From: Planctomycetota bacterium
GTDB taxonomy: Bacteria > Planctomycetota > B15-G4
DNA length: 64,000 nucleotides
Assembly (NCBI GenBank): GCA_038212275.1
Contig: JBBQUR010000014.1
Span: 73,533-137,532 of the forward strand
Direction of reading: 5' to 3'
Shown: positions 47,832-59,675 of the stretch, one piece after another
Position numbering within the stretch: the stretch's first letter is position 1
Layout of the letters: each line of letters begins with the position of its first letter
Made by a program: the position numbers and the translations under genes
Notes under the pieces: generated by a model
Told to the model about the DNA's origin: nothing
The model's database searches: none
Seen by the model: only the letters and a program-made list of their open reading frames with translations

Positions 47832-48442
47832 CGACACACGTTTTTCCGTGCCGGGCGAGGCGGTCAGCACCCTCGGCGCTTGCGCTTCTCGACGCCGTCG
47901 CACGCCCGCTGAGGTTGAACGTCCGGACGGCGAGCGCGCCTGGCCGGTGTCTCGGGCGGAGCGGTGGCCCGGACGAATGATGAGGCTCTTCCGGAACGCG
48001 AGCGCTGCGCATTCGTGAGCCAGCGAACTGCGGGCCGCTTCGGCGGGTGCCTGACGTCTCCGCCGCTGCGTGACGCGTTCTCTGTGCCTGCCGCGCGCCG
48101 TGTTTATCCCGCGCAGAGCAGGACTCGCTGAGACCTGCGCGCCGAGAGGCACGCGCTCACCCTCTCGAACCGAGTGTCTCGCGCCGAGAATCCAGCGCTG
48201 CGCCGTGCACGCCAAGCATTGCCCGCTCGAGCATGGCGTGCTGAACATTCCGCACCTGAGCATCACGCGCCAAGCACCGCAATCTCCCCATCCCCGCTCA
48301 AGCGATGCCTGACCGCATCACGAGTTCACCACCACCTCATTGCGGAGAATGCGTTCCCCAAAAGCCCATGCGTGAGGCTCAGCGAAGCGCCCGCCGGGAC
48401 CCGCCCCACCCCCGCATGGCGCGGAACCCCGTGCCTCGGCGT

Positions 48443-48572
48443 GCGTGCGCGGGACGGGAGGTTTGTCCGGCGCGAAGGGCGCCGCTCCCGGAACCGTGAC
48501 GTGTCCTGTTGCCCCAGGGGCGCAGCGCCGGACAATCCTCCCGCCCCGCGCACTCCCCGCCCCATGCGACTC
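48443..48572 (-). repeat. 130-bp palindromic element, copy 2 (inverted)
   Basis: Reverse complement of 47702-47831 with 4 substitutions. Confidence 0.88.
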
Positions 48573-48704
48573 CCGCGCATCTCGCCACCAGGGGCAGCCC
48601 CCGGCCAAGCAAAGCCGCGCCCCAGGCTAGCTCTCCCCAGCTGGAGTAGGCTTTCCAGCAACCGTCTCTCCCGACCCGATCCGCGACACAGTGAGGCTCC
48701 CTCC

Positions 48705-50264
48705 ATGTTCTTTCCGACGCCCATTCGTCCTGGTTCGCTCCTGCGCCCGACCGGCGCCGTGCTTCTGGTCGCCGCCGCCCTCTCGTCCGTGCCGCTCGTG
48801 GCGCAGGCCACGAGCACGAGCCTGGAGAAGTTCAAGCACAGTCCGGCCGTGACCTTCGACAGCTTCGGCAAGGCGGTCGCCGTGGAGGGCGACAGGGCGC
48901 TGATCACCGCCATTGGTGTCGACGGCAAGGGGGCCGCGTTCAGCTACCGGCGCCATGGCGACGCGTGGGACTTCTCGCAGAAATTCCGCGGCGCCGACAC
49001 GCTCGCGGGCGACGCTTTCGGGTTCAAGGCGCAGATCGCCGGCGACTACGCCGTGCTCAGCGGGCATCAGAAGGACAAGGGCGCCCTGTTCGATGCCGGC
49101 GCGGCCTATGTCTTCCACGACGACGGCACGACCTGGACGCAGGTGCAGAAGCTGGAGGCCCCCGACCCCGCGGCCTCGGATTTCTTCGGCTGGTCCGTCT
49201 CGATGGGCGGCGACCTCATCGTCGTCGGCGCCATCGACGACGACGACGGCGGCAACCTCACGGGCTCCGCCTACGTCTTCAGGCGCTCGGGACCGACGTG
49301 GGTGTTCGAGCAGAAGCTGCACGCTTCCGACGCCGGTACCGAGGACGAGTTCGGCTTCGACGTCGACACCGATGGCCAGACCATCGTCATTTCCACGCCG
49401 ATGGGCGGTCTCGGCGCGGTGCCGACCGGTTCGGTCTACGTCTTCAAGCACGACGGCACGAGCTGGGTCGAAGTGCAGCACATCGGGCCGGCGGACGGAG
49501 CCGCGACCGACTACTTCGGCTGGGACATCCAGCTCGACGGCAACCGCCTCGCGATCGGCGCGCCCAAGCGCGACCTCACGAAGCTCGACGGCGGCGCCGT
49601 CTACCTCTACCGCGACAACGGCACGCGCTTCGTGCTGGAAGACGAGTTCGCGCCGAGCAAGGTCTCGGCCTCGGATGTCTTCGGCTGGTCGGTCGCCCTC
49701 CAAGGCGATCGTCTCGTGTCGGGAGCTCCGAGCACGACGATCGAAGGCGGATCACCCGACCTGTTCGATGGCGCGCTGTACCAGTTCCACTTCAACGGGT
49801 CGCGCTGGGTGGAAGCGCACCAGTGGCTCAGCGCCGATGTGGCGGTGGCCGCCTGGCCCGGGCCCAACCTCGGTCAGTCCTGTGCGCTCGACGGAACGAC
49901 GGTCTTCGCCGGCGCGCCGTTCCACGACGGCGGCGCGATCAACTCAGGCGCAGCCTATCGCTTCGAACTCACGGACCTCGGCCTCGACGCGCTGCCGGAC
50001 TCCGTGCCCGCCGGCGGACAGCTGACCCTGACGACGGACGGCGGCCTCGCCGGAGCCAAGGCAGGACTCCTGGTGACGGCCTTCGGCGGAACGCCGATCA
50101 GCTACGTGATCTGGATCAGCGCCTTCGACGCGCAGGGAAAGTCGACGCTGGAGGTCACGGTGCCGGCCGTCGTGTCGGGCTTCGACGCCGTCATCGTCGC
50201 CGCAGGCTTCTGGCACGCCGGCCCCTTCACGCTCTCCAACCCGGTGACGGTGAGCTTCCAGTAG
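48705..50264 (+). CDS. Secreted FG-GAP (integrin-alpha-like beta-propeller) repeat protein with C-terminal beta-sandwich
   Basis: Signal peptide; seven D.FG..V...GD...VGA...G.AYVF...W....KL repeats; C-terminus TLSNPVTVSFQ. Confidence 0.92.
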   Translation: MFFPTPIRPGSLLRPTGAVLLVAAALSSVPLVAQATSTSLEKFKHSPAVTFDSFGKAVAVEGDRALITAIGVDGKGAAFSYRRHGDAWDFSQKFRGADTLAGDAFGFKAQIAGDYAVLSGHQKDKGALFDAGAAYVFHDDGTTWTQVQKLEAPDPAASDFFGWSVSMGGDLIVVGAIDDDDGGNLTGSAYVFRRSGPTWVFEQKLHASDAGTEDEFGFDVDTDGQTIVISTPMGGLGAVPTGSVYVFKHDGTSWVEVQHIGPADGAATDYFGWDIQLDGNRLAIGAPKRDLTKLDGGAVYLYRDNGTRFVLEDEFAPSKVSASDVFGWSVALQGDRLVSGAPSTTIEGGSPDLFDGALYQFHFNGSRWVEAHQWLSADVAVAAWPGPNLGQSCALDGTTVFAGAPFHDGGAINSGAAYRFELTDLGLDALPDSVPAGGQLTLTTDGGLAGAKAGLLVTAFGGTPISYVIWISAFDAQGKSTLEVTVPAVVSGFDAVIVAAGFWHAGPFTLSNPVTVSFQ

Positions 50265-50339
50265 GCGTCACCGGGCACCGCGTCACCGGGCGCCGCGTCA
50301 CCGGGCGCTGCGTCACGGGGCGCTGCGTCACGGGGCGCC
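50265..50339. repeat. 15-bp tandem repeat x5 (GCGTCAC[C/G]GGGC[A/G]C[C/T]) between convergent genes
   Basis: Read directly from the sequence; followed by 9-bp CGCCGGG[C/T]G repeats near 50362-50388. Confidence 0.9.
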
Positions 50340-50395
50340 GAGTCACCGAGTCACGGCAGCCACGCCGGGCGCGCCGGGTGCGCCGGGTGCGCCCG

Positions 50396-51865
50396 TCACT
50401 CCGCCGTCGTCACCGCGGGAGGATGCGGGTCGTACCAGCCGCCGACGTTCGCCGTGAGTTCGTCGGCCTGCTGCGGCCCCCACGTTCCGGGATCGTATTC
50501 GATGACCGGCGTGCTGGTGTGCAGGATCGGATCCACGATCTCCCACGCGCGCACGACGGCGTCGGCGCGCGCAAAGAGCATCGCGTCGCCGTTCATCGCA
50601 TCGCCGAGCAGCCGTTCGTAGGCATCCATCTCGTCGGCGCTCGGCTGGCGCACGACGGACAGTTCCGTGGACTGCGCGGCCAGCACCTCGCCTGGTTTCT
50701 TGACGCGCGCGCCGAGAGCGATGACCACGTCGGGCGAGAGCCTGAAGCGCACGTGATTCGTGTTGCCGGTCGCGATGCGCTGCAGCGGCGGCCGCTTGAA
50801 GCGCACGAGGATCTCGGTGCACGAGACGGGCAGGCACTTGCCGGCGCGGATCGTGAAGGGCACGCCTTCCCAGCGCCAGCTGTCCACCGCGAGGCGCACC
50901 GCCGCGTAGGTCTCGACGCGGCTGTCCTTCGCGACGCCGGCCTCGTCGCGGTAGCCGCGGAACTGGCCGCGCACGAGTTGTTCCGGCTGCAGCGGCCTGA
51001 TCGCGCGGAACACCTTGACCTGCTCGTCGCGCAGGCGCTCCGCCGACGTGCTGCCCGGCGGCTCCATCGCGAGAAAGCCCACCACCTGCAGCAGGTGATT
51101 CTGGATGACGTCGCGGATCGCGCCGGCCTCCTCGTAGAACTTGCCGCGGCCGCTCACGCCGAAGCTCTCGGCCATGGTGATCTGCACGTTCTCGACGTAG
51201 TTGCGGTTCCACACCGGCTCGAGGAAGGTGTTCGCGAAGCGGAAGAACAGGATGTTCTGCACCGCCTCCTTGCCGAGGTAGTGGTCGATGCGGAAGACCG
51301 ACTCCTCCGCGAAGACGCCGTGCAGCGTCTCATTGAGCGAGAGCGCCGACGCGAGATCGCGGCCGAAGGGCTTCTCCACGATGACGCGCGCGTTCTTCGC
51401 GCAGCCCGAGCGCCCCAGCCCCTCGACCACCACCGGGAACATGCTCGGCGGGATGGCGAGGTAGTGCGCCGGCCGCTGCGCGCCGTCCAGCTCGCGGCGC
51501 AGCGCCTCGAAGGTGGCGGGCGCGTTGTAGTCGCCGTCGACGTAGCGGAGCTGGGCGACGAGCCTGGCGAAGAGCGCCTCGTCGAAGGGCTTGCGCCCGT
51601 GCAGCTCCAGGCTCTCGCGGGCGCGCGCGCAGAAGCGCGGAAGATCCCAGCCCGCCTTCGCGACGCCGATCACCTTCATGTCGAGGTGGCCACGCCGCAG
51701 CATCGACGCGAGCGCCGGGAAGATCTTCTTGAACGCGAGATCGCCGGTCGCGCCGAAGAAGACGAGCGCGTCGCTCTGCGGCCGCGAGCCGACAGCGCCG
51801 TTGCCGGCGCGCACGGCGTGGACGGCGTTCACGTCGAACGCCTCGGAGGCGTCGGACGCGCTCAC
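50396..51865 (-). CDS. zwf: Glucose-6-phosphate 1-dehydrogenase
   Basis: [37 protein letters not shown]; GTG overlaps the gnd stop. Confidence 0.96.
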   Translation of the reverse strand: MSASDASEAFDVNAVHAVRAGNGAVGSRPQSDALVFFGATGDLAFKKIFPALASMLRRGHLDMKVIGVAKAGWDLPRFCARARESLELHGRKPFDEALFARLVAQLRYVDGDYNAPATFEALRRELDGAQRPAHYLAIPPSMFPVVVEGLGRSGCAKNARVIVEKPFGRDLASALSLNETLHGVFAEESVFRIDHYLGKEAVQNILFFRFANTFLEPVWNRNYVENVQITMAESFGVSGRGKFYEEAGAIRDVIQNHLLQVVGFLAMEPPGSTSAERLRDEQVKVFRAIRPLQPEQLVRGQFRGYRDEAGVAKDSRVETYAAVRLAVDSWRWEGVPFTIRAGKCLPVSCTEILVRFKRPPLQRIATGNTNHVRFRLSPDVVIALGARVKKPGEVLAAQSTELSVVRQPSADEMDAYERLLGDAMNGDAMLFARADAVVRAWEIVDPILHTSTPVIEYDPGTWGPQQADELTANVGGWYDPHPPAVTTAE

Positions 51866-52890
51866 TTTGCGCCCTTCTCGAGATGCCCCCCGAACGCGAA
51901 GCGCATGGCGGACAGCAGCTTGTGCGCGTACTCGCCCTCGCCGCGCGACGAGAATCGATCGAACAGCGCGGCCGTGAGCACCGGCGCAGGCACGCCCTCG
52001 TCCACCGCCGCCGCGATGGTCCAGCGTCCTTCGCCGGAGTCCGACACTCGGCCCGAATACTCGGAAAGGTCCGGACTCTTCGCGAGCGCCGCCGCCGTGA
52101 GGTCCAGCAGCCACGACGAGATCACGCTGCCGCGGCGCCACACTTCCGTGACGGCGCCGATGTCAAGGTCGTAGCGATACTGTTCCGGGTGGGAGAGAGG
52201 CGTGGTCTCCGCGTCATGCGCGCCGCCCGCCGTGCTGCCGACGTTCGCGTGGCGCAGGATGTTGAGCCCCTCCGCATAGGCGGCCATGAGTCCGTACTCG
52301 ATGCCGTTGTGCACCATCTTGACGAAGTGCCCGGCGCCCACGGGCCCGCAATGCAGCCAGCCGCGCTCGGCGGTGGCCGCCGCACCCGTGCTGCCCTCGC
52401 GGCCCGGCGTGCGGGCGATATCGCCCGCGCCCGGCGCGAGCGTCTCGAAGATCGGCGCGAGGCGCTCCACGACGGCGCGCTCGCCGCCGACCATCAGGCA
52501 GTAACCGCGCTCGCGGCCCCACACGCCGCCGCTCGTTCCGGCGTCCACCCAGTGCAGCTCGCGCTTTCCGAGCCGCGCGGCGCGCGCGATGTCGTCGTGG
52601 TAGCGGGAATTGCCGCCATCGATGATCGTGTCGCCCGGCGACAGCAGCGGGACGAGCTGCTCGAGCAGGCCGTCCACGGCGCCCGCGGGAATCATGAGCC
52701 ACACCGCGCGCGGCGCGGCCAGCTTCTGCACGAAGTCCGCCAGCGAGCTGCTGGCGGTTGCGCCCTGCCTGCCGAGCTCGGCCATGGGTGCCGGCGTCTT
52801 GTTGAACACCACGCACGCGTGCCCGCCCGCCATGAGCCGCTGCACCATGTTGGAGCCCATCCGTCCGAGGCCGATCATCCCGAGTTGCAT
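51862..52890 (-). CDS. gnd: 6-phosphogluconate dehydrogenase (short, NAD-type)
   Basis: [43 protein letters not shown]. Confidence 0.96.
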   Translation of the reverse strand: MQLGMIGLGRMGSNMVQRLMAGGHACVVFNKTPAPMAELGRQGATASSSLADFVQKLAAPRAVWLMIPAGAVDGLLEQLVPLLSPGDTIIDGGNSRYHDDIARAARLGKRELHWVDAGTSGGVWGRERGYCLMVGGERAVVERLAPIFETLAPGAGDIARTPGREGSTGAAATAERGWLHCGPVGAGHFVKMVHNGIEYGLMAAYAEGLNILRHANVGSTAGGAHDAETTPLSHPEQYRYDLDIGAVTEVWRRGSVISSWLLDLTAAALAKSPDLSEYSGRVSDSGEGRWTIAAAVDEGVPAPVLTAALFDRFSSRGEGEYAHKLLSAMRFAFGGHLEKGAK

Positions 52891-53149
52891 CGCCGTCTCC
52901 TTGTGTCGCGGACGCGGGCAGGCCGGCTCCCGCGGAGTCTTTCGCGGCCGAGGCGGAAGTGTCCGCCGTGCCGACGCCGAGTATGCCTGTCACGGGCGCG
53001 ACGCGACATGCCCGCGTGTCTCTCGAGGCCGCCCCCGAAAGGAATGGCCCGGCTCCTCACCCTGCATGTCCGACTGGCAGGCCCGGTGCTACTGTCTGAG
53101 CACGCTGGATCGGCAGGCGCTCATCACCCGTCGCGCACGGAGCAGGAGA

Positions 53150-54475
53150 ATGGCGGTCGCCGTGACATCACGCGGGAAGTCGGGTGCCGAGTCGCTGCTG
53201 CTCGCCGTCAACGGCGGGTCCTCCAGCCTGAGGTGCTCGCTCTTCCGCAGCGAGGCCGACGGCGCCGCAGGCGAGGCGCTCGTGCGCATGCTCGGCGTCC
53301 ACGTCGAGCGCGTCGGCGCTGACGATCCGGTCCTGACCGGGCGGACCGCGCAAGGTGCGGGCAGTGCCACCCGACCCGTGTCGCAGGAAGCGCCGCTGAA
53401 GGCTGCGCAGGCCGCCGATCACGTTCGCGCGCTGCAGGCCGCGCTCGACTGGATGGCTGGACATGTCGCGCTGGACGCCGTGGCCGCCGTGGGGCTTCGC
53501 ATCGTGCACGGCGGCCCGCGCTGCCTGTCCACGCAGGAGGCCACGCCCGCGCTGCGAGAGGAACTGGAGCGCATCGCGCCCTTCGCACCCGAGCACGTGC
53601 CGGCGCAGATCGCGTTGCTCGACGCCTGCACGCGCCGCTTCCCGGAGGCCGCCCGGGTGCTCTGCTTCGACACGGCCTTTCACCGGGACCTGCCGCGCGA
53701 GGCGCACATCCTGGCCTTGCCGCGCCGCCTGCTGCGCGAAGGCGTGCGGCGTTACGGCTTTCACGGACTCTCGTGCGCGTTCCTCATGCACGAGCTGCAG
53801 CGCGTCGGCAGCGTGCAGGAGGCCGGCGGCCGGGTGATCCTCGCGCACCTGGGCCACGGCGCCAGCCTGACCGCCGTGCGCAACGGCGCGAGCCTCGACA
53901 CCAGCATGGGTTTCACGCCCGCGGCGGGTATCCCGATGAGCACGCGCTCCGGCGACCTCGATCCGGGCCTCGTGAACTACCTCGCGCGCACCGAAGGACA
54001 GACGGCCGACCGATTCGACGACATGGTGAACAGGCGCTCGGGGTTGCTGGGCGTGTCGGAGACCAGCGGCGACATGCGCGCACTCCTCGCCCTCGAGCCC
54101 CGCGATCCGCGCGCGGCCGACGCCGTGGCGCTGTTCTGCTACCAGGCGCGCAAGACCGTCGGTGCGTTCACGGCCGCGCTCGGCGGGCTGGACACGCTCG
54201 TGTTCGCCGGAGGCATCGGCGAAAACGCGCCGACCATCCGCGCGCGGATCTGCGAGGGACTGCAGTGCCTCGGTCTGGTCCTCGACGAGCAGCGCAACGC
54301 CGCCGGTGCCGACATCCTCTCCCGCGACGACAGCCGCGTGCGCGTGCGCCTCATCCGCACCGACGAGGAGTTGCAGATCGCGCGCGAGGTCGCGCTGCTG
54401 CTCGCCCGAACTTCATCAAAGACACATGATCACGTCGTGACATGCGTGCACCCCAAGGAAGCAAAGCGCCCATGA
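53150..54475 (+). CDS. ackA: Acetate kinase
   Basis: AGGAG RBS; [49 protein letters not shown]. Confidence 0.94.
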   Translation: MAVAVTSRGKSGAESLLLAVNGGSSSLRCSLFRSEADGAAGEALVRMLGVHVERVGADDPVLTGRTAQGAGSATRPVSQEAPLKAAQAADHVRALQAALDWMAGHVALDAVAAVGLRIVHGGPRCLSTQEATPALREELERIAPFAPEHVPAQIALLDACTRRFPEAARVLCFDTAFHRDLPREAHILALPRRLLREGVRRYGFHGLSCAFLMHELQRVGSVQEAGGRVILAHLGHGASLTAVRNGASLDTSMGFTPAAGIPMSTRSGDLDPGLVNYLARTEGQTADRFDDMVNRRSGLLGVSETSGDMRALLALEPRDPRAADAVALFCYQARKTVGAFTAALGGLDTLVFAGGIGENAPTIRARICEGLQCLGLVLDEQRNAAGADILSRDDSRVRVRLIRTDEELQIAREVALLLARTSSKTHDHVVTCVHPKEAKRP

Positions 54476-56928
54476 GCACCACCGACAATCCCTCGCGGCC
54501 CGCGAAGCCCGGCCGCGGCCGTCAGCCGGCCACGTCCGCTGCAGGCGCAACCGCCGCGCCGCTGGACCCCGTGCTGCTGCGCCGCATGCACGCGTGGTGG
54601 CGCGCGGCCAACTACCTGTCTGTCGGGCAGATCTACCTGCTCGACAACCCGCTGCTGCGAAAGCCGCTGCGCCGCCGGCATGTCAAGCCGCGCCTGCTCG
54701 GGCACTGGGGCACGACGCCCGGCCTGAACTTCGTGTACGTGCACCTGAACCGCGTGATCCGCGAGCACGGACTGAACGTCCTCAACATCACGGGCCCGGG
54801 TCACGGCGGGCCGGGGCTGGTGGCCAACGCCTACCTCGAGGGCACCTACTCCGAGGTCTATCCCGAGATCTCGCGCGACGAAGAAGGCATGCGCCGCCTC
54901 TTCAAGCAGTTCTCGTTCCCCGGCGGCATCCCGAGTCACGTCGCGCCGGAGACACCGGGCTCCATGCACGAGGGCGGCGAACTGGGCTACGCGCTCGTGC
55001 ACGCCTACGGCGCGGCCTTCGACAACCCCGACCTCCTCGTGGCCTGCGTCATCGGCGACGGCGAGGCCGAGACCGGTCCGCTCGCCGCGAGCTGGCACTC
55101 CAACAAATTCGTCAACCCCGCGCGTGATGGCGCCGTGCTGCCCATCCTGCACCTCAACGGCTGGAAGATCGCGAACCCGACGGTGCTCGCGCGCATTCCT
55201 CACGCGGAGCTCGATGCGCTGCTGCGCGGCTACGGCCACGCACCGCTTTACGTGGAGGGCGACGACCCGGCCGTGCTGCACCAGACGATGGCCGCGGCGC
55301 TCGACGGCGCGCTCGCCGACATCCGCGCGATCCAGAGCGACGCGCGCACCCACGGCTTCAAGGCGCGCGTGCCGTGGCCGATGATCGTGCTGCGCACGCC
55401 CAAGGGCTGGACGGGACCCAGGGAAGTGGACGGCAAGCCGGTCGAGGGCACGTGGCGCAGTCACCAGGTCCCGATGGGCGACATGGATCGCCCGGAACAC
55501 CTCGCGATCCTCGACACCTGGATGCGCAGCTACAAGCCCGAAGAGCTCTTCGACGAGCAGGGCCGCCTGCTCGCGGAGTTCGCGGAGCTGGCGCCGGCAG
55601 GCACCCGCCGCATGAGCGCCAACCCGCACTCGAACGGCGGCCTGCTGCTGCGCGACCTGCGCATGCCGGACTACCGCACGCTTGCGGTTGCCGTGCCGTC
55701 GCCCGGCGCGACGACCGCGGAAGCCACCCGCACCCAGGGCGCCTTCCTGCGCGACGTCATGAAGCTGAACGCCGAGCACGCCAACTTCCGCGTCTTCGGC
55801 CCGGATGAGACGGCGAGCAATCGCTGGAGCGCGCTGTTCGAGGTCACCGAGCGTTGCTGGACGGCGCCGCCCGTGCGCGGCGACGACCACCTCGCGCCAG
55901 ACGGCCGCGTGATGGAGGTGCTCTCCGAGCACATGTGCCAGGGCTGGCTCGAGGGATACCTGCTCTCGGGGCGCCACGGCTTCCTGAATTGCTACGAGGC
56001 CTTCATCCACATCATCGACTCGATGTTCAACCAGCACGCCAAGTGGCTGAAGACGTGCTCGCACATTCCGTGGCGGCGGCCGATCGCGTCGCTGAACTAC
56101 CTGCTCTCGTCGCACGTGTGGCGCCAGGATCACAACGGCTTCTCGCACCAGGACCCGGGCTTCCTCGATCACGTGGTGAACAAGAAGGCCGAGATCATCC
56201 GCGTGTACCTGCCGCCGGACGCCAACACGCTGCTGCACGTGACCGACCGCTGCCTGCGCAGCCGCAACCTCGTCAACGTGATCGTGGCGGGCAAGCAGCC
56301 GGCGCCGCAGTGGCTGGACATGGACGCGGCCGTGCGGCACTGCACCGCCGGCATCGGCATCTGGGAGTGGGCCAGCAACGACAAGGGCGACGACCCCGAC
56401 GTCGTCATGGCCTGCTGCGGCGACGTGCCCACGCTGGAGACGCTGGCCGCCGTGAAGCTGCTGCGCGAGCACGCGCCGGAGCTGAAGGTGCGCGTGATCA
56501 ACGTCGTCGACCTGATGAAGCAGCAGCCGCGGAGCGAGCATCCGGAAGGCCTGACCGACGCGCAGTTCGACGTGCTGTTCACGCAGGACAAACCCGTCGT
56601 CTTCGCGTTCCACGGCTACCCGTGGCTCATCCACCGGCTCACGTACCGCCGCACCAATCACGGCAACATCCACGTGCGCGGCTACAAGGAGGAGGGCACG
56701 ACGACGACGCCCTTCGACATGGTCGTGCTCAACGACCTCGACCGCTTCCACCTCGTAGCGGACGTGATCGAGCGCGTGCCGAAGCTGGGACCGCGCGCGG
56801 CCTACGCTCAGCAGGCCATCCGCGACAAGCTCATCGAACACAAGCAGTACATCGCCGAACACGGCGAGGACCTGCCCGAGATCCGCGAGTGGACCTGGGC
56901 CGGGCGCAGCTCCGGAGATCGGCCATGA
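54472..56928 (+). CDS. xfp: Xylulose-5-phosphate/fructose-6-phosphate phosphoketolase
   Basis: [68 protein letters not shown]. Confidence 0.97.
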   Translation: MSTTDNPSRPAKPGRGRQPATSAAGATAAPLDPVLLRRMHAWWRAANYLSVGQIYLLDNPLLRKPLRRRHVKPRLLGHWGTTPGLNFVYVHLNRVIREHGLNVLNITGPGHGGPGLVANAYLEGTYSEVYPEISRDEEGMRRLFKQFSFPGGIPSHVAPETPGSMHEGGELGYALVHAYGAAFDNPDLLVACVIGDGEAETGPLAASWHSNKFVNPARDGAVLPILHLNGWKIANPTVLARIPHAELDALLRGYGHAPLYVEGDDPAVLHQTMAAALDGALADIRAIQSDARTHGFKARVPWPMIVLRTPKGWTGPREVDGKPVEGTWRSHQVPMGDMDRPEHLAILDTWMRSYKPEELFDEQGRLLAEFAELAPAGTRRMSANPHSNGGLLLRDLRMPDYRTLAVAVPSPGATTAEATRTQGAFLRDVMKLNAEHANFRVFGPDETASNRWSALFEVTERCWTAPPVRGDDHLAPDGRVMEVLSEHMCQGWLEGYLLSGRHGFLNCYEAFIHIIDSMFNQHAKWLKTCSHIPWRRPIASLNYLLSSHVWRQDHNGFSHQDPGFLDHVVNKKAEIIRVYLPPDANTLLHVTDRCLRSRNLVNVIVAGKQPAPQWLDMDAAVRHCTAGIGIWEWASNDKGDDPDVVMACCGDVPTLETLAAVKLLREHAPELKVRVINVVDLMKQQPRSEHPEGLTDAQFDVLFTQDKPVVFAFHGYPWLIHRLTYRRTNHGNIHVRGYKEEGTTTTPFDMVVLNDLDRFHLVADVIERVPKLGPRAAYAQQAIRDKLIEHKQYIAEHGEDLPEIREWTWAGRSSGDRP

Positions 56929-59624
56929 CGCCGTCGTCGCGGATTCCCGAGCGCGAACCCGGGCAGCCGGCATCCGCTCGCGGCCGGGCGGAACAGCCCT
57001 CCGAGGAAGAGGTCACCTGCGGTCTCGTGAGGCCCGGCGAGGACATCCGCGCCGGCAGCACGGCGGAAGCCTTGCGCCAGGCGCTGCTGGACAACCTGCT
57101 CTCGGTGCAGGGCCGCACGCCCGACCTCGCCACGCCCAACGACTGGTACATGGCGCTGGCCCACACGGTGCGCGACCGCATGCTGCAGCGCTGGATCGGA
57201 ACGAACGTCGCGCTGCGCGGGCAGTCCGTCCGCGTGGTGGGCTACCTGTCCGCGGAGTTCCTCGTCGGTCCGCAGCTCGGCAACAACATGCTGAGTCTCG
57301 GGATCACGGAGGCGGTGCGCGAGGCGTGCGCCTGCCTCGGGCTCGACCTGCATGCGCTGCTCGACCTGGAGGAGGAGCCGGGCCTCGGCAACGGCGGGCT
57401 CGGCCGGCTGGCGGCCTGCTACATGGACTCGCTCGCCACGCTGCAGGTGCTCGCCATCGGCTACGGCATCCGCTACGAATTCGGCATCTTCGACCAGGTC
57501 ATCCGCGACGGCGCGCAGGTCGAGGTCGGCGACACGTGGCTGAAGCCCGGCCATCCGTGGGAGATCCACCGCCCGGAGATCTGTCACCGGGTGGGCTTCG
57601 GCGGGAGCACGGAGTGGTTCACCGACACGCACGGCATGGCGCGCAAGCGCTGGCTTCCGGACCGCGTTGTGCTCGGCGTCGCGTACGACGTGCCGGTGCC
57701 GGGCTACCGCGTGAACACCACGAACTTCCTGCGCCTGTGGAAGGCCGAGGCCGTCGAGAGCTTCGACTTCGCGGCCTTCAACACCGGCGACTACGAACGC
57801 GCCGTGGAGCAGAAGCTGAAGTCCGAGACGCTCACCAAGGTGCTCTACCCCAACGACGAACAGCTCCGGGGCAAGCAGCTCCGGCTCGAACAGCAGGCAT
57901 TCTTCACGTCGTGCTCGCTGCAGGACATGATCACCATCCACCTGAGCGGCAGGCAGCGGCTGGAGGGAGCGGAGGTCCGCTTCGCCGTGCAGCTCAATGA
58001 CACGCACCCCTCCATCGCGGTCGCGGAGCTCATGCGGCTGCTGCTCGACGAGCACGGCTGGAGCTGGGACGAGGCGTGGAAGGTCACGCACCGCACGCTG
58101 GCGTACACCAACCACACGCTGCTGCCCGAAGCGCTCGAGACCTGGTCGCTGCCACTCTTCCGGAGCGTGCTGCCGCGGCACCTGGAAATCATCTACGAGA
58201 TCAACCGCCGCTTTCTCGACGAGGTCCGGGCGCGCTGGCCCGGTGACGAGGCGCGAGTGGAGCGCATGTCGATCATCGACGAGCGCGGCGACAAGGCCGT
58301 GCGCATGGCGCACCTCGCCGTCGTCGGCTCCCATGCGGTGAACGGCGTGGCCGCGCTGCACACGGAACTGCTGAAGCGCCACCTGCTGCACGACTTCTTC
58401 GAATTGTGGCCCGAGCGCTTTCACAACGTGACCAACGGCGTGACGCTGCGCCGCTGGATGGCGCTCGCCAATCCCGGGCTCACGGAGTTGATCTCGTCCC
58501 GCCTCGGCGACGCGTGGCTCACGCATCCCGAAGAGGAACTCCCGCGACTGGAGTCCTTCGTCGCCGACACGGGCTTCCGCGAGGCGTGGCGCGCCGTGAA
58601 GCTGGCCAACAAGCGCGTGCTCGCCGAGGAGGTCCGCGCGCGACTCGGCATCGAACTGGACCCCGCGTCGCTGTTCGACATCCAGGTGAAGCGACTGCAC
58701 GAGTACAAGCGCCAGCACCTCAACCTGCTGCACGTGATCGCGCTCTGGTGCGAGCTGCGCCGCGGCGGGGCGGCTTCGACGCGATCCAGCGGGGCGGCGG
58801 CCGGTGCGGCCGGTGCGGCCGGTGCGGCGGCTGCGGCGGGCAGGGCGGGCAGGGCGGGCGCGACGGCGCGCGGCGCGCGGCCGGCACGCACCGTGATCTT
58901 CGGCGGCAAGGCAGCGCCCGGCTACTTCATGGCCAAGCTGATCATCCGGCTGATCCACGGCGTCGCGGAGGTGCTGGCCGCCGATCCGGCCACGCGCGAC
59001 CTGCTGCGCGTGGTCTTCATCCCGGACTTCAACGTGAAGCGCGCGCACCACATCTACCCGGCGGCGGACCTGTCCGAGCAGATCTCGACCGCGGGCATGG
59101 AGGCGTCGGGCACGGGCAACATGAAGTTCGCGCTCAACGGCGCGCTGACCATCGGCACGCTCGACGGCGCGAACGTCGAGATCCGCGAGGCCGTGGGCGC
59201 GGAGAACTTTTTCCTCTTCGGGCTCACGGCGGACGAGGTGGCCCGGCGCAAGGCCGACGGCTACCAGCCGCGCCGCCACGTGGACGAGTGCCCGGCGCTG
59301 CGCGAGGCGCTGGACCGGATCTCGGACGGGACCTTCAGCCGCGGAGACCGCAGCCTGTTCCAGCCGCTCGTCGACAACCTGCTGCACCACGACCCCTTCC
59401 TCGTGCTCGCCGACTTCGAGGCCTACGTCGCGTGCCAGCGCGCGGTCGAGGCCGCGTTCGCCGACACCGAGCGCTGGACCACCATGTCGATCCTCAACAC
59501 GGCGCGCATGGGGCACTTCTCCTCCGACCGCTCCGTGCGCGAGTACTGCGAGCAGATCTGGAAGACCGGCCCGGTGCAGGTCGAGCTGCCGTCGCTGGAT
59601 CAGCCGGGGCTGCCTCACGCCTGA
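56925..59624 (+). CDS. glgP: Glycogen/starch phosphorylase
   Basis: [55 protein letters not shown] (PLP lysine). Confidence 0.97.
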   Translation: MTPSSRIPEREPGQPASARGRAEQPSEEEVTCGLVRPGEDIRAGSTAEALRQALLDNLLSVQGRTPDLATPNDWYMALAHTVRDRMLQRWIGTNVALRGQSVRVVGYLSAEFLVGPQLGNNMLSLGITEAVREACACLGLDLHALLDLEEEPGLGNGGLGRLAACYMDSLATLQVLAIGYGIRYEFGIFDQVIRDGAQVEVGDTWLKPGHPWEIHRPEICHRVGFGGSTEWFTDTHGMARKRWLPDRVVLGVAYDVPVPGYRVNTTNFLRLWKAEAVESFDFAAFNTGDYERAVEQKLKSETLTKVLYPNDEQLRGKQLRLEQQAFFTSCSLQDMITIHLSGRQRLEGAEVRFAVQLNDTHPSIAVAELMRLLLDEHGWSWDEAWKVTHRTLAYTNHTLLPEALETWSLPLFRSVLPRHLEIIYEINRRFLDEVRARWPGDEARVERMSIIDERGDKAVRMAHLAVVGSHAVNGVAALHTELLKRHLLHDFFELWPERFHNVTNGVTLRRWMALANPGLTELISSRLGDAWLTHPEEELPRLESFVADTGFREAWRAVKLANKRVLAEEVRARLGIELDPASLFDIQVKRLHEYKRQHLNLLHVIALWCELRRGGAASTRSSGAAAGAAGAAGAAAAAGRAGRAGATARGARPARTVIFGGKAAPGYFMAKLIIRLIHGVAEVLAADPATRDLLRVVFIPDFNVKRAHHIYPAADLSEQISTAGMEASGTGNMKFALNGALTIGTLDGANVEIREAVGAENFFLFGLTADEVARRKADGYQPRRHVDECPALREALDRISDGTFSRGDRSLFQPLVDNLLHHDPFLVLADFEAYVACQRAVEAAFADTERWTTMSILNTARMGHFSSDRSVREYCEQIWKTGPVQVELPSLDQPGLPHA

Positions 59625-59675
59625 GGGAACGGGGCATGCGGTGACGACACGGGCAGTTGCTAGGATCGGCCGCGC

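Noticed and set aside
47775-48704. ORFs inside the inverted-repeat region and the N-terminal extension of ORF 48174
   Set aside because: Composition is not protein-like and there is no HUH/DDE motif; the FG-GAP gene plausibly starts at 48705
50265-50339. Possible CRISPR array (also 14143-14226 and 63430-63508)
   Set aside because: Repeats are contiguous with no unique spacers, units are too short, and there are no cas genes
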